64,000 nt of DNA from Euprymna scolopes (Eukaryota). This document shows, piece after piece, positions 26,220 through 40,098 of this stretch. Positions within the stretch are counted from its first letter, which is position 1; the number at the start of each line of letters is the position of its first letter. The position numbers were made by a program, and so were the translations under genes. Location: NCBI GenBank assembly GCA_053919585.1, contig CM132787.1. The stretch is one strand, 5' to 3'. The notes beneath the pieces are model-generated. The model searched no databases. It was not told where the DNA came from and saw nothing but the letters and a program-made list of their open reading frames with translations.

Positions 26220-27809
26220 CTACGTATTATTTACAGTAACTACTTCACATTTGTATACTACCCTCTCAGACCATCTGTTTCTTTTTATGGCCAAGTATTT
26301 TTCTTCTACAATTAATATTATTGTCACTTATACAATGTTTGCTATATAATTGTTGGAGGGATGCCTTTTTGTATTTTAGTGTTGTATCATATTTTAAGGT
26401 CAGATAAATTTAAGTAGCGGAAATAAAGTTTATTAGTGTTTTTATCTTTTTTTTTAAGATTGTATCACATTACTTGAATTCATCGGACTACTGTTCTCAG
26501 CTTGGGTGGCTTTTAAGAGGATTTCGGTCGATGCTACTTTTCCCTTCCTCATTTGTATCCTGTTGAACTCTGGAATATGGACGGAATTTTAAACGGAACC
26601 TTTTATTTACTTCCCCAGGTATCATGCTCTTGTTTCGTTAGAAATGACTGGATATAAGCCATAAGCAATTCATAATTGTACTTTACGATAGTCAAGACTA
26701 AGAATTGAATTTTTAATCGCCATGAGAATATCATTTTCACAATTGATTTGTCCGAGTAATCTACGCGATGCGCCAGAGATGCTTGAGTGAGGCTACATTG
26801 AACGAAATATTGCGAAAATTAAACACAAAATAGGAACAGTAATCCAGAACATCAAAATAATAGGGATAACACATCCTTATCTAAAATTTCAGAAACTTCT
26901 TATCACTTATTCTATGGATTTTTAAGATATTCGAGAGAATATATTTACTAAATAAATGATTAAATCATATACCAGATCGTCTAATATTTTCCAATTACTA
27001 TTGTTTGAGATAGATGACACGGCAACTTCATATCGGTTTTCTACGTTAAGTGAATCTATTTCAATAATATAGCTACATAGTTTTCTTTCATATTGTCGTA
27101 ATCGTATTACATATTATGAAATTATATCAATTAATCACAGGTAATTTGTTATACTTTTGTTTATTATTAAAATTATAACAACTGATTTTCTCTTTAAAAT
27201 CTGATGTAGATAGCCTCTCATTATCGCGTGAACAATCTGTCTTAAACGACTGGCCATTCTTTAATAATTTATCTTTCCTCGAGATAAAAAACAATAGAAT
27301 TTTATTGGAAGATAGATTATAAGAATTAATTTCTATGTGAAACTAATTATTTTTCAGTGCATGACCAGGTTTATATGTAATATACACAAATATTAACTAC
27401 ACGAGGATTAACGTCTATACATATAATTAGGTCAATTTTTCAAGAAAACATCTGCAATTTTCAGTTAGTTAAAATAATCACCGTTTTTCTATATTCCATA
27501 ACAGCTACTTATTGGCCTAATGTAATTCCCGGGAAATAAATTAATTACAGTTTAATCACTGAATGTTTGCTTTCTATTAAAACACAAATATAAAATTTGA
27601 AAATGCATATATACCAATAAATTCAAATACAGCGATGTATATGTACTTAGTCAGCTCATGTGATTTGAATAAAAATCACACTGAAAACCGAGCCTGTATA
27701 CAACCCTACCCACATGGGAGACAAATAAATGAGAACACTAAAATATTGCTTGTCTGTCCATAAATACGCATGTTATATATATATAATATATATATATATG
27801 TATATAGTA

Positions 27810-28434
27810 GTATGAGTACCTCAAGTGGCTAAAATTAAAACGAAAATCACAGTATACATAACACACATTCTACAAACTCATACAAGGAAACACACGTACG
27901 CGCCCTCCTGTACTCTGCTCCTTACACTCACACTCACATCACACTCAGAAACGAAATCAATTGACAAATACTAATATGCCCCACACGTCCACTCAAAAAA
28001 TAAGAAAAAAATTAAGAAAGAAAGGAAGAAACGTAAGGAAAGGGAGAGAAAAGTAAAACCCAATGGCCATGGCCTGACCCCCAATAACCAAAGGTATGGG
28101 GGGACGCACCCATGAAGATCTTTAAAAATATTTGCAGATATTTCCATCATTTGGAAACATGTAGCAAAATGGATTGCAAAAACGCATTTATACATTTTTG
28201 ATATATTTTAAATATTTTGCATTTTGAAAACATTCTGAAGAGGGCGCTTAACAAAATGCCCGACATTAGTTAAACACTATTTCAATGATTTAAAGACATA
28301 TTACAATGATCAAAACAATGAATTAACAAGGAAAATATGAAATAATGAAATAAGTTTTAAAAGCATAGCAATTGTTGGTGTCCCTATTAATTTAAATATA
28401 CACCTTTCTCTCGTTAGAATATCTCAACTCATTA
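27810..28434 (+). mobile_element. HHR-bearing non-coding repeat (Penelope pseudo-LTR / retrozyme-like), copy A, between microsatellite tracts
   Basis: 28140-28434 aligns with the reverse complement of 36386-36674. Both copies end ...TTTAAATATACA.CTTTCT.TCGTT.GA....C..AAC.CATTA directly before a microsatellite. The 5' boundary is inferred from the upstream TA run. Confidence 0.65.
28224..28285 (+). ncRNA. Degenerate type I hammerhead ribozyme
   Basis: CTGAAGA (28235-41), stem II GGGCG/TGCCC, GACA in place of GAAA, decayed stem III, distal stem I TTGAAA/TTTCAA. Homologous to 36541-36603. Probably inactive. Confidence 0.6.
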
Positions 28435-28447
28435 CACACACACACAC

Positions 28448-28481
<34 letters not shown>

Positions 28482-28503
28482 CGTTTAGTAATCAATAGTT
28501 ATA

Positions 28504-28690
28504 ACTAGGGCTATTACGACGGAATATTGTTATAATTCTTTCTAATCTCGACTATATATCCGACACAGACGCAGTTAATTAACCGAGAACCACATCTCTC
28601 TATATATAAGCATATAAGATATTAACGGGGTCACGCTCAAGAATCAAAGCAATTAAAAGAATATAATGTTGTCCTAGCTGTAGTTATAAT
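28504..28690 (+). repeat. Unclassified dispersed repeat, copy 2 (copy 1 at 3735-3910)
   Basis: ACTAGGGCTATT...CTCGACTATATATCCGACACAG...TTAATTAACCGAGAACCACAT. Confidence 0.7.
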
Positions 28691-29249
28691 TAGTACAATT
28701 GTACATCTAAAAGCAAGAATAGGCTTAAAGCTTCCAAAATCTATACATAACATATCTCTGAATGACATAATTAGTGAGATATAGGTGTGACAATTTTCTC
28801 AAGGTTTTAAGTTCGATACTTAGTGTGAGTTATACTTTGAAGTACTATTGCAATGTAAGATTTTAATGCGACCATGACTGACAGAACGAACATGTGCTTT
28901 TCCATATCTATTATATAAGCAATCACGTTCGAAATTTCGTGCATATTCATAAATTCAACAAAATACAACTGAAAGTGAACATTATTTTCAAGATTAGGCA
29001 ATATTTCAAATAATATACAGTTATTTTTTTCCTTCTGAACGTTTAATTTACACTAGATTCACTTTTAAGTAAGTTTAAAATAAGAAATACGACGTATAGC
29101 ATCTCCCATGTTACAAAACGGATATTATTGAACATATTTATATGGACTTTCTTCATGGCTATTTCACATTGATTAAATGTAGTGCACCTTGTAGGGATTT
29201 TTACCTTTACGGATTTTTACCTTTACAATCAGTCCGACAGTAAATTGGT

Positions 29250-29950
29250 CATTTCGATAGCATAATAGAGGCGGGACTGATTTACATGTTCTAGGTAGCA
29301 TTAGGAGGCCCACATATCCAAGCCTTGCGTACCGCTTTCAAATGGATCAATTGTGTATTTGTTTTCCTAGACACTTTCAACGAGGAATTCCGAGACGGCT
29401 TTTGAGGATTATTTTTTCAGTGCGAAGTGCTCATCCTTACGATACACTAGTTCATTCATCGTATCTTCTGACGGATAGAGGTTTATATTAAGTTTTCGAC
29501 AGGAAAAGTTCCCTGCTATATTTAAGCCTAATATTGACTATATAGATCGACACGTCCGATTTAGAAAGGTACCCCAGTATATGAGCTCGTAGTAGACTTT
29601 TCGTATCTGAGCCCACAGGGCATCTTAAATGGCCAAGCGATGTTAGCCGTATAGCACCTCTTGTAATTGTGCGGGGCTTATGGCACTTGGGAAACAAGTG
29701 TCCTTACTCGAGGGCGTGCAGCAAAAGCATAGTCCACACAACGAAGGAATGTTCAGTCTGCGTTAACCGACTCAACATATGTAACGTTGGGAGTATTTCT
29801 GTAAGAATATTTCTCATCTGAATATTTCCGTCTCTATCAACCAGATACGTTCCGAACTTCATCCTGCAAGATTTGCATGGGCAATTATGGTATTAACACT
29901 TTCTTAACCCTTCGCAACTTTCATCACACAATATCCAATATAAATTCAAC
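29250..29950 (+). mobile_element. Highly decayed LINE (CR1/L2-like) RT remnant
   Basis: GC-richer island with traces such as VLGSI (GVPQGS-like) and LLEGVQQK. No long ORF. Confidence 0.3.
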
Positions 29951-30699
29951 TGCTGCCTAACTTCATCGACATTGTCGATTCTTCCCTCACAAATTCGGCC
30001 AACGCTAGGTTGTCTGACAATGAGTGACAATAACTCTATTCGCAAGTTTCCTCGATTTGATGGGCGTTGTCAATAGAGGATCGTACCCCGTGGAGCTCAA
30101 GACAGCCAGTCGAGTTTCCTTTCTTATTTCATGGTAATTTTTTTCGTTCACTTACATTTATTTTTAATTATCTCCGTGACAGTATCTCTCAATGTTATCG
30201 CAAAAACCAGAACGGCATCGATACTGTCGGTTTCTCATATAACAACTTTCAGGTCAAATGTTGTTTGCAAATGTCTTAATTGCTTGAATATGACTTCAAT
30301 GCAATTTATCATCCTGTCTTTTTTTCGAAAATATTATCGGCATAATGATTGTTTATGTGTCAGTTAAAATGCTTTTAATTTATCGTTACGAATGAAACAA
30401 CCTTAACGCGCGCATACAATATATTATTAGTATTTTTATTTTTGTTTATTTTCCCTCTCAAAATCAGGGCGTTTAAAGACTTTAAAATTATCGGTAAGAA
30501 CAAAATAGCATCAAACCACACCCAACATTATCTTGATTCTTTAAAAATCAAAAGCAATCACTGAAAGAAAAAAAATCCAGGTTATTGTTTAGAATAAAAT
30601 AATATCAAAACACACACGGCACCATCCTTTTTCAGAGTTATCGCAATCAGTTTAAATGTATCCAAATTATTTTCAACCAGATATAAACATCACCAAGTG

Positions 30700-31480
30700 T
30701 ATTAATCCTGTCTTGGGTCAGCCACAGATCGGCGATTTTACTGATTCTCGCGTCCACTGCGCCTTCACTCATTCACCACGCACCCTTAATTCTCTGAGAC
30801 TTACCATTGGGAGCACAATGGGACGATCATATCAACCTAATTTTTAATTCCAGACCTGCGATAAGCCGCATCATTAGACCACATAGATTCCTTGCCGAAC
30901 TGACCTTATTTAGTACAGATCAGTCCTTGGTTCTAAGGCTGTTTCTTCCAGTTTTAATTTGCAATCAACATAGTGCGCAGCGTGATTTTACTAACCATTG
31001 TCATGCGGGGCAGTTTATGTTGCAACCTTCCATAACATTTTCCTGTGCCAATTCAAAATTGAGGGTTTCCCGCGATTTCAGCAAACTGCTTTTAATTATA
31101 TCTGCCTAATGTCTCGGTCCACCAACGATTTCTGCCAGCAGATTTTCTAGTGAAGCTTGGATGGGTCAACAACGAGTGAATGACCGAGCTCGAAATTCGT
31201 TCTGCCAACTCGGTGACTACTTCACTCACTTACTGTTCGAGTCTGAATAGCTCCCATACCGCATCTACAGCAATCCTCTCACTAAGTTGCTTGTTCACTA
31301 GTGACGACCGCAGCTGTTTTAAAGGTAATGGGGGGTCTCATTAAGTTTCCTCCCGATGAACCGGCCCACCGCACATTCATACTCTCACAGCACGATAGTT
31401 TAGCATAATCATCTACACGGAGACAGTTTTACGAGATTTCCTGGTTATTCAGTTTCACTAAGAACAGTTCGCTAATCCAT
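30700..31480 (-). mobile_element. Possible decayed LINE 5' region / ORF1 remnant
   Basis: Broken minus-strand peptides EVVTELAERISSSV, DIIKSSLLKSRETLNFELAQE, KLEETALE and KIADLWLTQDRI resemble coiled-coil LINE ORF1 sequence. Confidence 0.3.
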
Positions 31481-31859
31481 GAAGACAGGTACGACCCACC
31501 ACACATAGGGGTTTCTGTTGTTGATTCGCTGGAGACAGGTATGTCTCTGACCTTGGAAAGGCACTCCTCTCCTGATAGTTGGTTCCTGAAAAATAACTCT
31601 GGTTGACTATCTGGTCGGGCAGAAATGCAAACGTCATTCGTAGAAGCAATGAATAAAAACTGGTTGATTTTTTTTTTAAATGAAACTTATATGAACAAAA
31701 ACAATATAACAACAAAGTTCTTATATAATACCACTGTACAAAGATAAAGGTATATGTAGTTGAAATTAAATAATTTTAGAGTCCACAGACAATTCATGTC
31801 GCATACTCGGCGTCCGAGAACGCTTAGTACTAATCTAATACCACTGTCGAAGATACTTG

Positions 31860-32460
31860 TATAAGCAGTTGAAAGGAAATCACTTAAGAATCCATAGTTC
31901 AACAGGTGTCATATTATCTGCGACCGAGAGTTCTTTACATGAAGAACGGTCATCCAATGGAATACGCACATCAAATCTGTTGCCAATGTTGCTGGAATAT
32001 CATGGGATCTACCTGCTTATGCAATACTCTCCCCATATAAAAGCTAGATACGTCGAGCGATGGAGTATTGCTGTCAAGATCTTATTCTGCCTTGACAAAG
32101 TTCAGAATAGAGTTCGTAGCCTAGTGGGGGGCCTTTCTTGTCCCTGCAACCTCCTTCCTACAGAAGAGGTGTTGCGAACCTGCCTCTTTTTTATCGTTAT
32201 TTTCATGGAAAGTAATCGTCCGAGCTCCAATCCGTAGCACACCCTCGCCAAACATTCACAAGAAACACTCGTTTGGCTGAAAACACCATCAATAATTTTC
32301 CCCACCTTTTATCTTTGCCTTACCCTAAACGTAGATTCCATGAACAAAGCTTCTTTGTTAGAACTGCACACATGTGGAACTCTCTTCTGTGCACATGCTT
32401 TCCAGCTGACTACATCAAATCCAATGTAAACAAGTTCTTCATGCAAAATATGTATTAGTA
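31860..32460 (+). mobile_element. Decayed CR1/L2-group LINE 3' end
   Basis: LDKVQNRVRSLVG, LQPPSYRRGVANLPLFYRYFHGK and QSFFVRTAHMWNSLLCTCFP match the type of motifs seen at 43855-44700. Confidence 0.8.
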
Positions 32461-34779
32461 TTCAGATTGCGAGCGAAACTTAACGACCGAATCTCAAAAC
32501 CGGCGTAACTTTAACGCGGTCAGTTTTTTTTTATTTAGTAACTGGCCCCAACTTCACTCAACTGCCAAAAATCGTTCTTGCATGATTTTATATTATCAGG
32601 TGAATGCCTAAAGGGTGAAGTTTCTCCGGTCCAGCCGGCAAATCTGGGGTCGCCACGACACATTATGCTTTCTTCTGATTGACTCCGTGCATACTTGCAT
32701 ATGGAAGTAAATTTTTAACGAATTTGTTGCAAGACCGAGAGTCCTTGGAGGTGGAGTTCGGGGTCGGATACGACCATCAGTTTATGTTAAAACACTTCTC
32801 ACAGGATTCTCCCTGATTAGTTATTTTCTTTGCAAAGCAATACTATTAGAAAATGTTATTATCAATCCTAAATCCAACAACTCAGGGAAGCTTTCCTTGG
32901 ATTGGTTGCATCATCGACTAACGAAAACGAGCCAGGAAAGCAACTTGTTATTACCTTTATTTTTCACATCATAAATATTTCATTTAAATTTATTATAATT
33001 GTTGTTAATGTAAAATTCGACCATTACAGGCAGTTGTCACAATTGTAACTATACTTATAACCAAACTTATCCTTCAATGATAATCTTGTATATGTTGTAG
33101 TTTTATTTCAGTAAATATATTTTGAATGATATTATCTGGAATACTCTGCATGCTATTTGTTTTTTTTATACATTTAACATGAAAATGGTCAATGCTAATA
33201 AATATTATTTCTGTTATATGTGTACATGTTTTTCATTGGTTTCAGTAAAAAATTATAAAAAGTATGATGTTGATGGAAGTGAACGATATAACCGTTTGTT
33301 TTTTAATTTGGAAATTTAGTGCCGATAAGTTTTACCCCGTGATAATTTTAGGTAAGATTTTCAAGTAAAACTATTATTTAATGCAGTATATTTGTATATT
33401 AAATTGTTAGCTGAAAGCGTAGACTATTTTTAAACATTCTTAATCTCGTTGTTAAAAATGACGTTCGTATAATAAAATCATTCCACCATGATCAGTAAAC
33501 TGCACAAACAGCGAACATTTTCGTATTAATGTAGACATTTACTGCACAATAATGATTTTAGAGTATCCAATTATACTATCTCCGCACATTTGGAAAGCGT
33601 TATCATACTAAATTCTCCACTCTCATGTACGCCCCTTTTATATAAATTAGTTAATATCGGCTATAATCCTTGTAGCCATTCTCTATGCGCATTTTAATTC
33701 GATAAATACTTTACAGTTTCCATGACGAGATTAATGTGAGCATAATTGCATAAATAATAGAAAATTATGCGTTTTATTAAAATCTTGATTAAATGTTGTG
33801 TGGATAACGATCATTTGTAAATGCGACGTTGTTGTTGAATGCACATAATTATCGTTGTCCCGGAAATACAAATGGAGAAACTTGTTATCAAAATATCTTT
33901 ATGAATCAGGAAAATCAAGGTGTACGTTGATTTAATTCAAGCATTCACTGCCTATATGTATACTTTCTCTACGTGTAAGCTTATATGCACCCTGACATAA
34001 TAAATGTTTATTGTTATCCATGGTGAAGTTTTATGTAATATCCTATAAGTCTAGACTTGAATTGCGTTTAACGGTGTACTTAAATCTAGTTATAAGAATT
34101 GTTTCATATACATCTGCAAATATTTGACAAACTTTACATATAGGAAAATATATTCTATTACATAAGGTTAACTGCGTTATAAAACCTGATCATTTGTGTT
34201 GTTTTGCTCTTCCTTAATTTTATTGTTGCTTTAAAATATGTAGCATCGTGTATATTTGATACGAACTTGATTGATTTTTCTTGCGTCAAAAATTGTATGT
34301 AACGGATACATATATCAGTCAAAGCAAATATGCGGACCATTTTACTATAATTATCGAATGTCGCATTATGTAAATAAAAACGGTATTTGCTAAAGTTTGT
34401 ATTCTCCAGAATATATAACTTTTACTGATCCGTAAAAGGGTGTTATGGCTTTTCTTATTGAGTCTAGAGAATTATAATGTAGCTTTTAGACAGAATCGGC
34501 TTCGTATAATCTTATATCGCTAAGTTTGTAATTCGACTCTGGAGATATTAAAAAAACAACATTCAACCCTTGACAGAGATGATAAACGTATTCTTTAAAA
34601 ATATTATAAATATAAAATCATTAAATTTAATGGTGAGTATATCATTGTTATTAGGAAGGATTTATTAACATTCTATATAAGCATTGCACATTTATTATTT
34701 GCACGAGAAGTAAATATTATCACAATTAAAGGAGCTCGGCGAAGTCAACATTAGATATTTATTATAGCGAAGAAAATAT

Positions 34780-35144
34780 ATAATATAAAAGGCAAAACCC
34801 TTTTAAAATGTATGTATGTCTGCCTAAAACTTTCGGCAGAGACGACGAATTTTTAGGAGATCGATAGCGTTTTAAAGCTCAACCTTTCTGACGACAAATA
34901 TTGAAAATATTAGTCAGAAACATTAATTTCTTCATCCCCAAATCGGCTCTTTTCTACAGGTAGGCTCGCTTTTTCCACTGACATTTTTTGCAAGTTATTA
35001 AACCTTCGCGTTGACGACATCGCAAAAAAGGCGTTATTTCGACCGCTCGTGATATCACAACAAAGGTAGGCACATCGGTAAAACAGTTCTTGGTTTCATC
35101 TATTTTTCCTCTGGCACCTTACGCGTTCGAGCCTGCTTACTACT

Positions 35145-35148
<4 letters not shown>
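34780..35148 (+). mobile_element. Helitron family B, 3'-truncated copy
   Basis: TAATATAAA..ATGTATGTATGTCTGCCTAAAAC..GAGATCGATAGCGTTTTAAAGCTC..GTTCGAGCCTGC is shared with 16797-17309 and 60878-61100. Confidence 0.65.
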
Positions 35149-35213
<65 letters not shown>

Positions 35214-35215
<2 letters not shown>

Positions 35216-36049
35216 TTGCTATAATATAAAGCTGAATGTCTGTGTGTGTGTGCGTCACGAATCGGCTCCTATATGGTTGAGTATTTTAAAAAAAACTGGT
35301 TACATATAATGATAGAAGATGTATCGAGACACAGGAATGGGTATGTTTGATCTGGCAGAACCGCGGTTCATTAAAAGTGTGGGGGTCTGCGTTCGCGTCT
35401 GGTCCACAAAGTATGGAAATAAAAATTTAAAAATTAAAAAAAAAAAACGTTTACAAATGTGTTTCATAGAGATGTACATAATAATACTTTGATGAGTATG
35501 TTTTAACTTAAATATGGATGGTATAATAAAATTATGGGTGCGAATAATGCGAATAGGCACAGACTTTGATTAGTATGTTTTATCTTAAATAGGGATGGTA
35601 TAATAAAATTGTGGGGTCTGCTTTCACGTCTGACCTCCATAGAATGGGAATAAGCACAAACTTTAATAAATACTTTATATATATATATCTGCGTAAGTAT
35701 ACTTTGATAATTATGTTTTAGTTTGAAGAAATATGGTATAATAAAATTATGGTTTGTTCGTTCGCGCCTGACCTCCATAGAATGGAAATATGTCACAAAG
35801 TTTAACAAGGTGTTTTTATATAGATCCAAAGAATATTGCGACAAGTGTTTCAGTGCAAACAGGCATGGCATGATAAATTATGGGGTTTATCTTTTTTATT
35901 TTTACTTTGATCATATTTTGCTTTGGTTTTAATACCTCCAAATTCGAAGCTATCTCTTTACAACCCTTCATTTTTATAACCTATCATAAATCAGAGTCCA
36001 TTTTCTGTAGGCTGTTTTTGAACCCAGTCAACGGCGGGTACTTTTGCTA

Positions 36050-36050
<1 letters not shown>
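35214..36050 (+). mobile_element. Non-autonomous Helitron family A, apparently full-length, flanked by (TA)n
   Basis: 5' TC..ATAATATAAAGCTGAATGTCTGTGTGTG and 3' CCCAGTCAACGGCGGG-TACTTTTG-CTAG|T. Has internal sub-repeats and is the inverted homolog of 12550-14010. Confidence 0.85.
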
Positions 36051-36093
<43 letters not shown>

Positions 36094-36189
36094 GCGTGTG
36101 TGTGTGTGTGACTTAGTGTATTAGTGTGTGTTTAATATGTTTAAATAGAAAAAGTAGAACATTAATATCAACGTCTGAGCGAGAAAAAC

Positions 36190-36246
<57 letters not shown>

Positions 36247-36354
36247 ATTTATAAAATATATATGTATGTACGTATTGAGCACTTTTGAAGTAAATGCTTT
36301 AAGTTTACGCATAAATCTATACTTTCGTATTTTAATTCTATGTGAGTAAATGAA

Positions 36355-36385
<31 letters not shown>

Positions 36386-36389
<4 letters not shown>

Positions 36390-36673
36390 GGGTTAGGAAA
36401 ATCCAACGAAAGAAAGATGTATATTTAAATAAGGGGGTAGTCATTAACAATGTGTATTTTTTAACATTATTTTATTATTCCGCGTGTTGGTTTTTCATTG
36501 GAAATTATGTTTGGACTATTTTAATAATGTTTTTAAATCATTGAAATAGTTTTTACGCGTTTCAGACGTTCTGTGAAGCGTCCTCGTCAGAAATGATTTT
36601 CAAACGTGTTGGAGATGTAAAAATGGCATTTCGTAGTTAATTTGAAGTGTTTCCAAGAGGTGGAAGCGTGCCG

Positions 36674-36674
<1 letters not shown>
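36386..36674 (-). mobile_element. HHR-bearing non-coding repeat, copy B, bracketed by two (TA)n tracts
   Basis: Homologous to 28140-28434. TA runs at 36357-36386 and 36675-36730. Confidence 0.7.
36541..36603 (-). ncRNA. Type I hammerhead ribozyme, minimal palindromic stem III (Penelope/retrozyme type)
   Basis: Minus strand: TTGAAA-ATCA-TTT CTGACGA GGACG-CTTCACAGAA-CGTCT GAAA CGCG TA| AAA-ACTA-TTTCAA. The GUA cleavage site ends at 36554, and the first stem II pair is G-U. Confidence 0.75.
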
Positions 36675-36732
<58 letters not shown>

Positions 36733-37099
36733 GTATTGCGTTTTTTCTCGACCTAACATTGATATCAAAAGCCTACTTTAGGTAAACATATTAAACGCAC
36801 TTTTCATATACTAAGTCACGTACATCAGAGCTAATAAAGGAGAATTATCTGGTTTTCAGATACATTTGTAAAGGAGGTTTAATCAATTTTAATTTTATTT
36901 AATCTTTTCATGTTACTCATTAGATTATTACTTTGTTGAAGGTATGCATGGATAGAATTCACAATCTGCATAATAGCCTATGCTCTAAGATGAAAAAGGT
37001 ATAGTACTGAAATATAAATATATTTTGGTTTAAATGTTGAAAAAAAACCCGAAAAGGCTTGGAAAGATATATTAATCTTACGCCCCCTTCCCCCTTTTG

Positions 37100-37540
37100 T
37101 TTAAGCTACATACTGCTCGATCACAAACATTGGTTAACAGAAGTGACGTCAGAATTCGTCCATTATCAGAATATGTAGGGTTGTACCACACCACTCCCTC
37201 TCAAACTTTTTTATTCGAAAAAAAACTGTTAATATCTCTTAACTTTAGGATTGGTCATTAGTGGATCGGTAACTTTCCATCATCGAATCGACTGTTGTAG
37301 TTCTGATTAGGTAGTGCGAAATCAAATGTCTCGATTATGGACTCGATCCGTCTTTCATCTACCGGTGGCATTTCACTGCTGTCGTTCGAGCGACATCTTT
37401 TTAATTTGTTTTGGTGGTGTTTATGTGTATGTCTCTGTCCTTTCACGATATATAACATGCCCCACGGCTTTCATCTAAGAATGAGCTTTATTCTTGTAAC
37501 TCTTGAAGAAAACTCTCCCTCCCGCACAAAGTTTTCCGCG
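37100..37540 (-). mobile_element. Ty3/gypsy LTR retrotransposon 3' remnant: integrase C-terminus, PPT and start of the 3' LTR
   Basis: Minus-strand GRVFFKSYKNK and MLYIVKGQRHTHKHHQNKLKR resemble the C-terminal tail of gypsy integrases. Polypurine GAGAGGGAGTGG (37191-37202) is followed by TG at 37190. Confidence 0.6.
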
Positions 37541-38473
37541 TTTCATCCTCATATGGATTTGTCAGAAACAAGTTCTTCATAAGCCGTTCCGCTAAAATGA
37601 ACAAGTTTACTGAATTTCCATTAATGACAATTACTATATTGTCCAATTAACTAGTGTACACTTTTTAACCCTTATCCTCTAGTAACCCCTGGGCCTTGAT
37701 AAGTTGTGATGTCTATGTAAAAAAAAAAGTCTTGGCGATTTAGTTTCACGTTCTGTCAGATAGAAGGGTCTGGAGAACACTGTTTTTCTTAACTAGGTTT
37801 GTGTTTGTTATTTTCTCCTGATTATTATATTCTCATGCACATATTTGTGGTTTTAAACGATTTAGATTAGATGAAAATATTTTCGGTTTACATTATAATG
37901 TGAAACAGATCTTGTAAAAATCTACGTCTTCATAATATTTAAAAGAATACATTTAACTGTATGAATTGCCGAGTCAAACCATAAATAAATGCTTTTTGAT
38001 TAAAAATGCATATGAGGAAATAGAATTAGATTGAAGCGAAGAATTTTTCCCTTTTTTTTCTGAGGAGAATATGCACGCAAAGCGACTGTATTGATATAAT
38101 AATAACCATTTCTATTCTGCATAACGAAAGGGATATATAAAATATGTACTGAAATTTTTACACGCTGGGAGAGCTGTTTGGTATCCAAAATAAATATTTG
38201 GATATTGGAATGTACCTATTCTGTCATTATTTTATATATGATTCGTTGTTATATTTTACGTGCATTAAATTTCTAAACAAAAAGTGCTGCATACACAAAG
38301 AGTAAAATATATTTACAAAAATATTGCCAAAAAAACAAATATATGTATATTTAATATACATATATACGTTTTTGTGTGTGTAATATACATAGGAGTGTGT
38401 TTAATACACATTTATACGTGTTGCGTGCATAATATACGCCTATGTGTGTATAATGTATATATCTATATGTTTC

Positions 38474-38527
<54 letters not shown>

Positions 38528-38729
38528 ACCTTTTCCATTTAAAAATATTACGTATTCAGTCAAATTGTGATTATGTCTGAAATTATATTAAGTTTACTCC
38601 AATACAGGAACCATAACTTGCCTAAACTTCTAAACAAAACTTCTTCAACTACGCAAACTGTGAAATATAATTGAAAAATATTACCAAAAACATATGTGTG
38701 TACAATATACATCTGTGTGTGAGTGTGTG

Positions 38730-38794
<65 letters not shown>

Positions 38795-38988
38795 CAGGGT
38801 GATCTTTAAAAAAAACGGGTCCCAACTCTAATTAGGCCTCATTTCTTAGTGTTTTATTCGAATGAATGAAACTTTGGTCATAACTAGTGTATTATATTCA
38901 AGACATCACATCAAAATACTAGGGTATTTGCCCCTTTTTCTCCGTTATACAGCATATGTTCTAGATATACTTTCTATGTTTTCTGTTT
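38795..38988. mobile_element. Possible Tc1/mariner-type terminus, cut by an N gap
   Basis: TA|CAGGGTGATCTTTAAAAAAAACGG directly after a (TA)n run. The partner TIR is not visible. Confidence 0.35.
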
Positions 38989-40098
38989 NNNNNNNNNNNN
39001 NNNNNNNNNNNNNNNNNNNNNNNNNNNNNNNNNNNNNNNNNNNNNNNNNNNNNNNNNNNNNNNNNNNNNNNNNNNNNNNNNNNNNNNNNNNNNNNNNNNN
39101 NNNNNNNNNNNNNNNNNNNNNNNNNNNNNNNNNNNNNNNNNNNNNNNTCGTGATTATGTCTGAAATTATATTACAGTTACTCTTATACAAGGCAATTGGA
39201 AATTTTACTACCCGCCTTGTCTCTCAGATCTCCAAACTTCTCGACAAATATCCTATTTCGTTCTACTATGAATTGAGTCTCACTTCTCAATATTTATTTA
39301 CCTTTATCTTGCAACCTTTTCTTTATGGCGGTAATATTCTACGTTTTAAATTTCTCACCTAAATACCCTTTTCCACACTTAATTTCCGATCGCCTTAAAA
39401 TTCTTTTTGTTCCATATTAGACTGATTAAAAAAACAATAAAATATTAAGGCGTTCGATGCGTTTTTCTCATTCTAAAATAAAAACTAAAAATATTTCTTA
39501 TTTATGAATTTTAGATACTCAGACAATAACGGAGGCCATAAACAAAAGCATTGGTCTTTCATATATTACCGCTTAAGTGCTCTACAATGATAAGTCATAA
39601 ATAAACCTAACTCATCTTTGTTAAGCCTAACATTTTTGTTGTTTTTTACTTCCGAGCAATCATGATAGTTTTATGGCGTTGCAGCCGCTGTCTTTACAAT
39701 AAATCAAGGCTAAAAATGGTTTTCTCTCCAAAAATCCTTTCTTTTAGTTTTTTTCTCATTTAAGATTGTGCAGATTTTGACGCTCAAGATGTCCTCTTAA
39801 TGTATTTACTATTTATGATCCGCTCTAAAATCGAATCCTATTAAAAACAGAATTAAAACGTGAACACTGTAGAAACGCCCAATGTATAACATATTGAAAC
39901 ACACACAAATATCCACACCAACAATTACAATTGTAGTGCTATTATTCCTTTACTTCGAATGAACCAGATAATTAATATAAGCATTTAGTTCCAGATTTTT
40001 TCTATTAATAATTATTTTTAGAAGTATATCACCTTTATAGAAATATATCAAGTAAAAAACAAACGTATATGTAAATCGCGATATATCCAAACAGCCGT

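Noticed and set aside
34883-34921. CTGACGA...GAAA...GTC hammerhead-like string
   Set aside because: Stem II cannot pair, and the homologous Helitron B position near 61000 lacks the motif.
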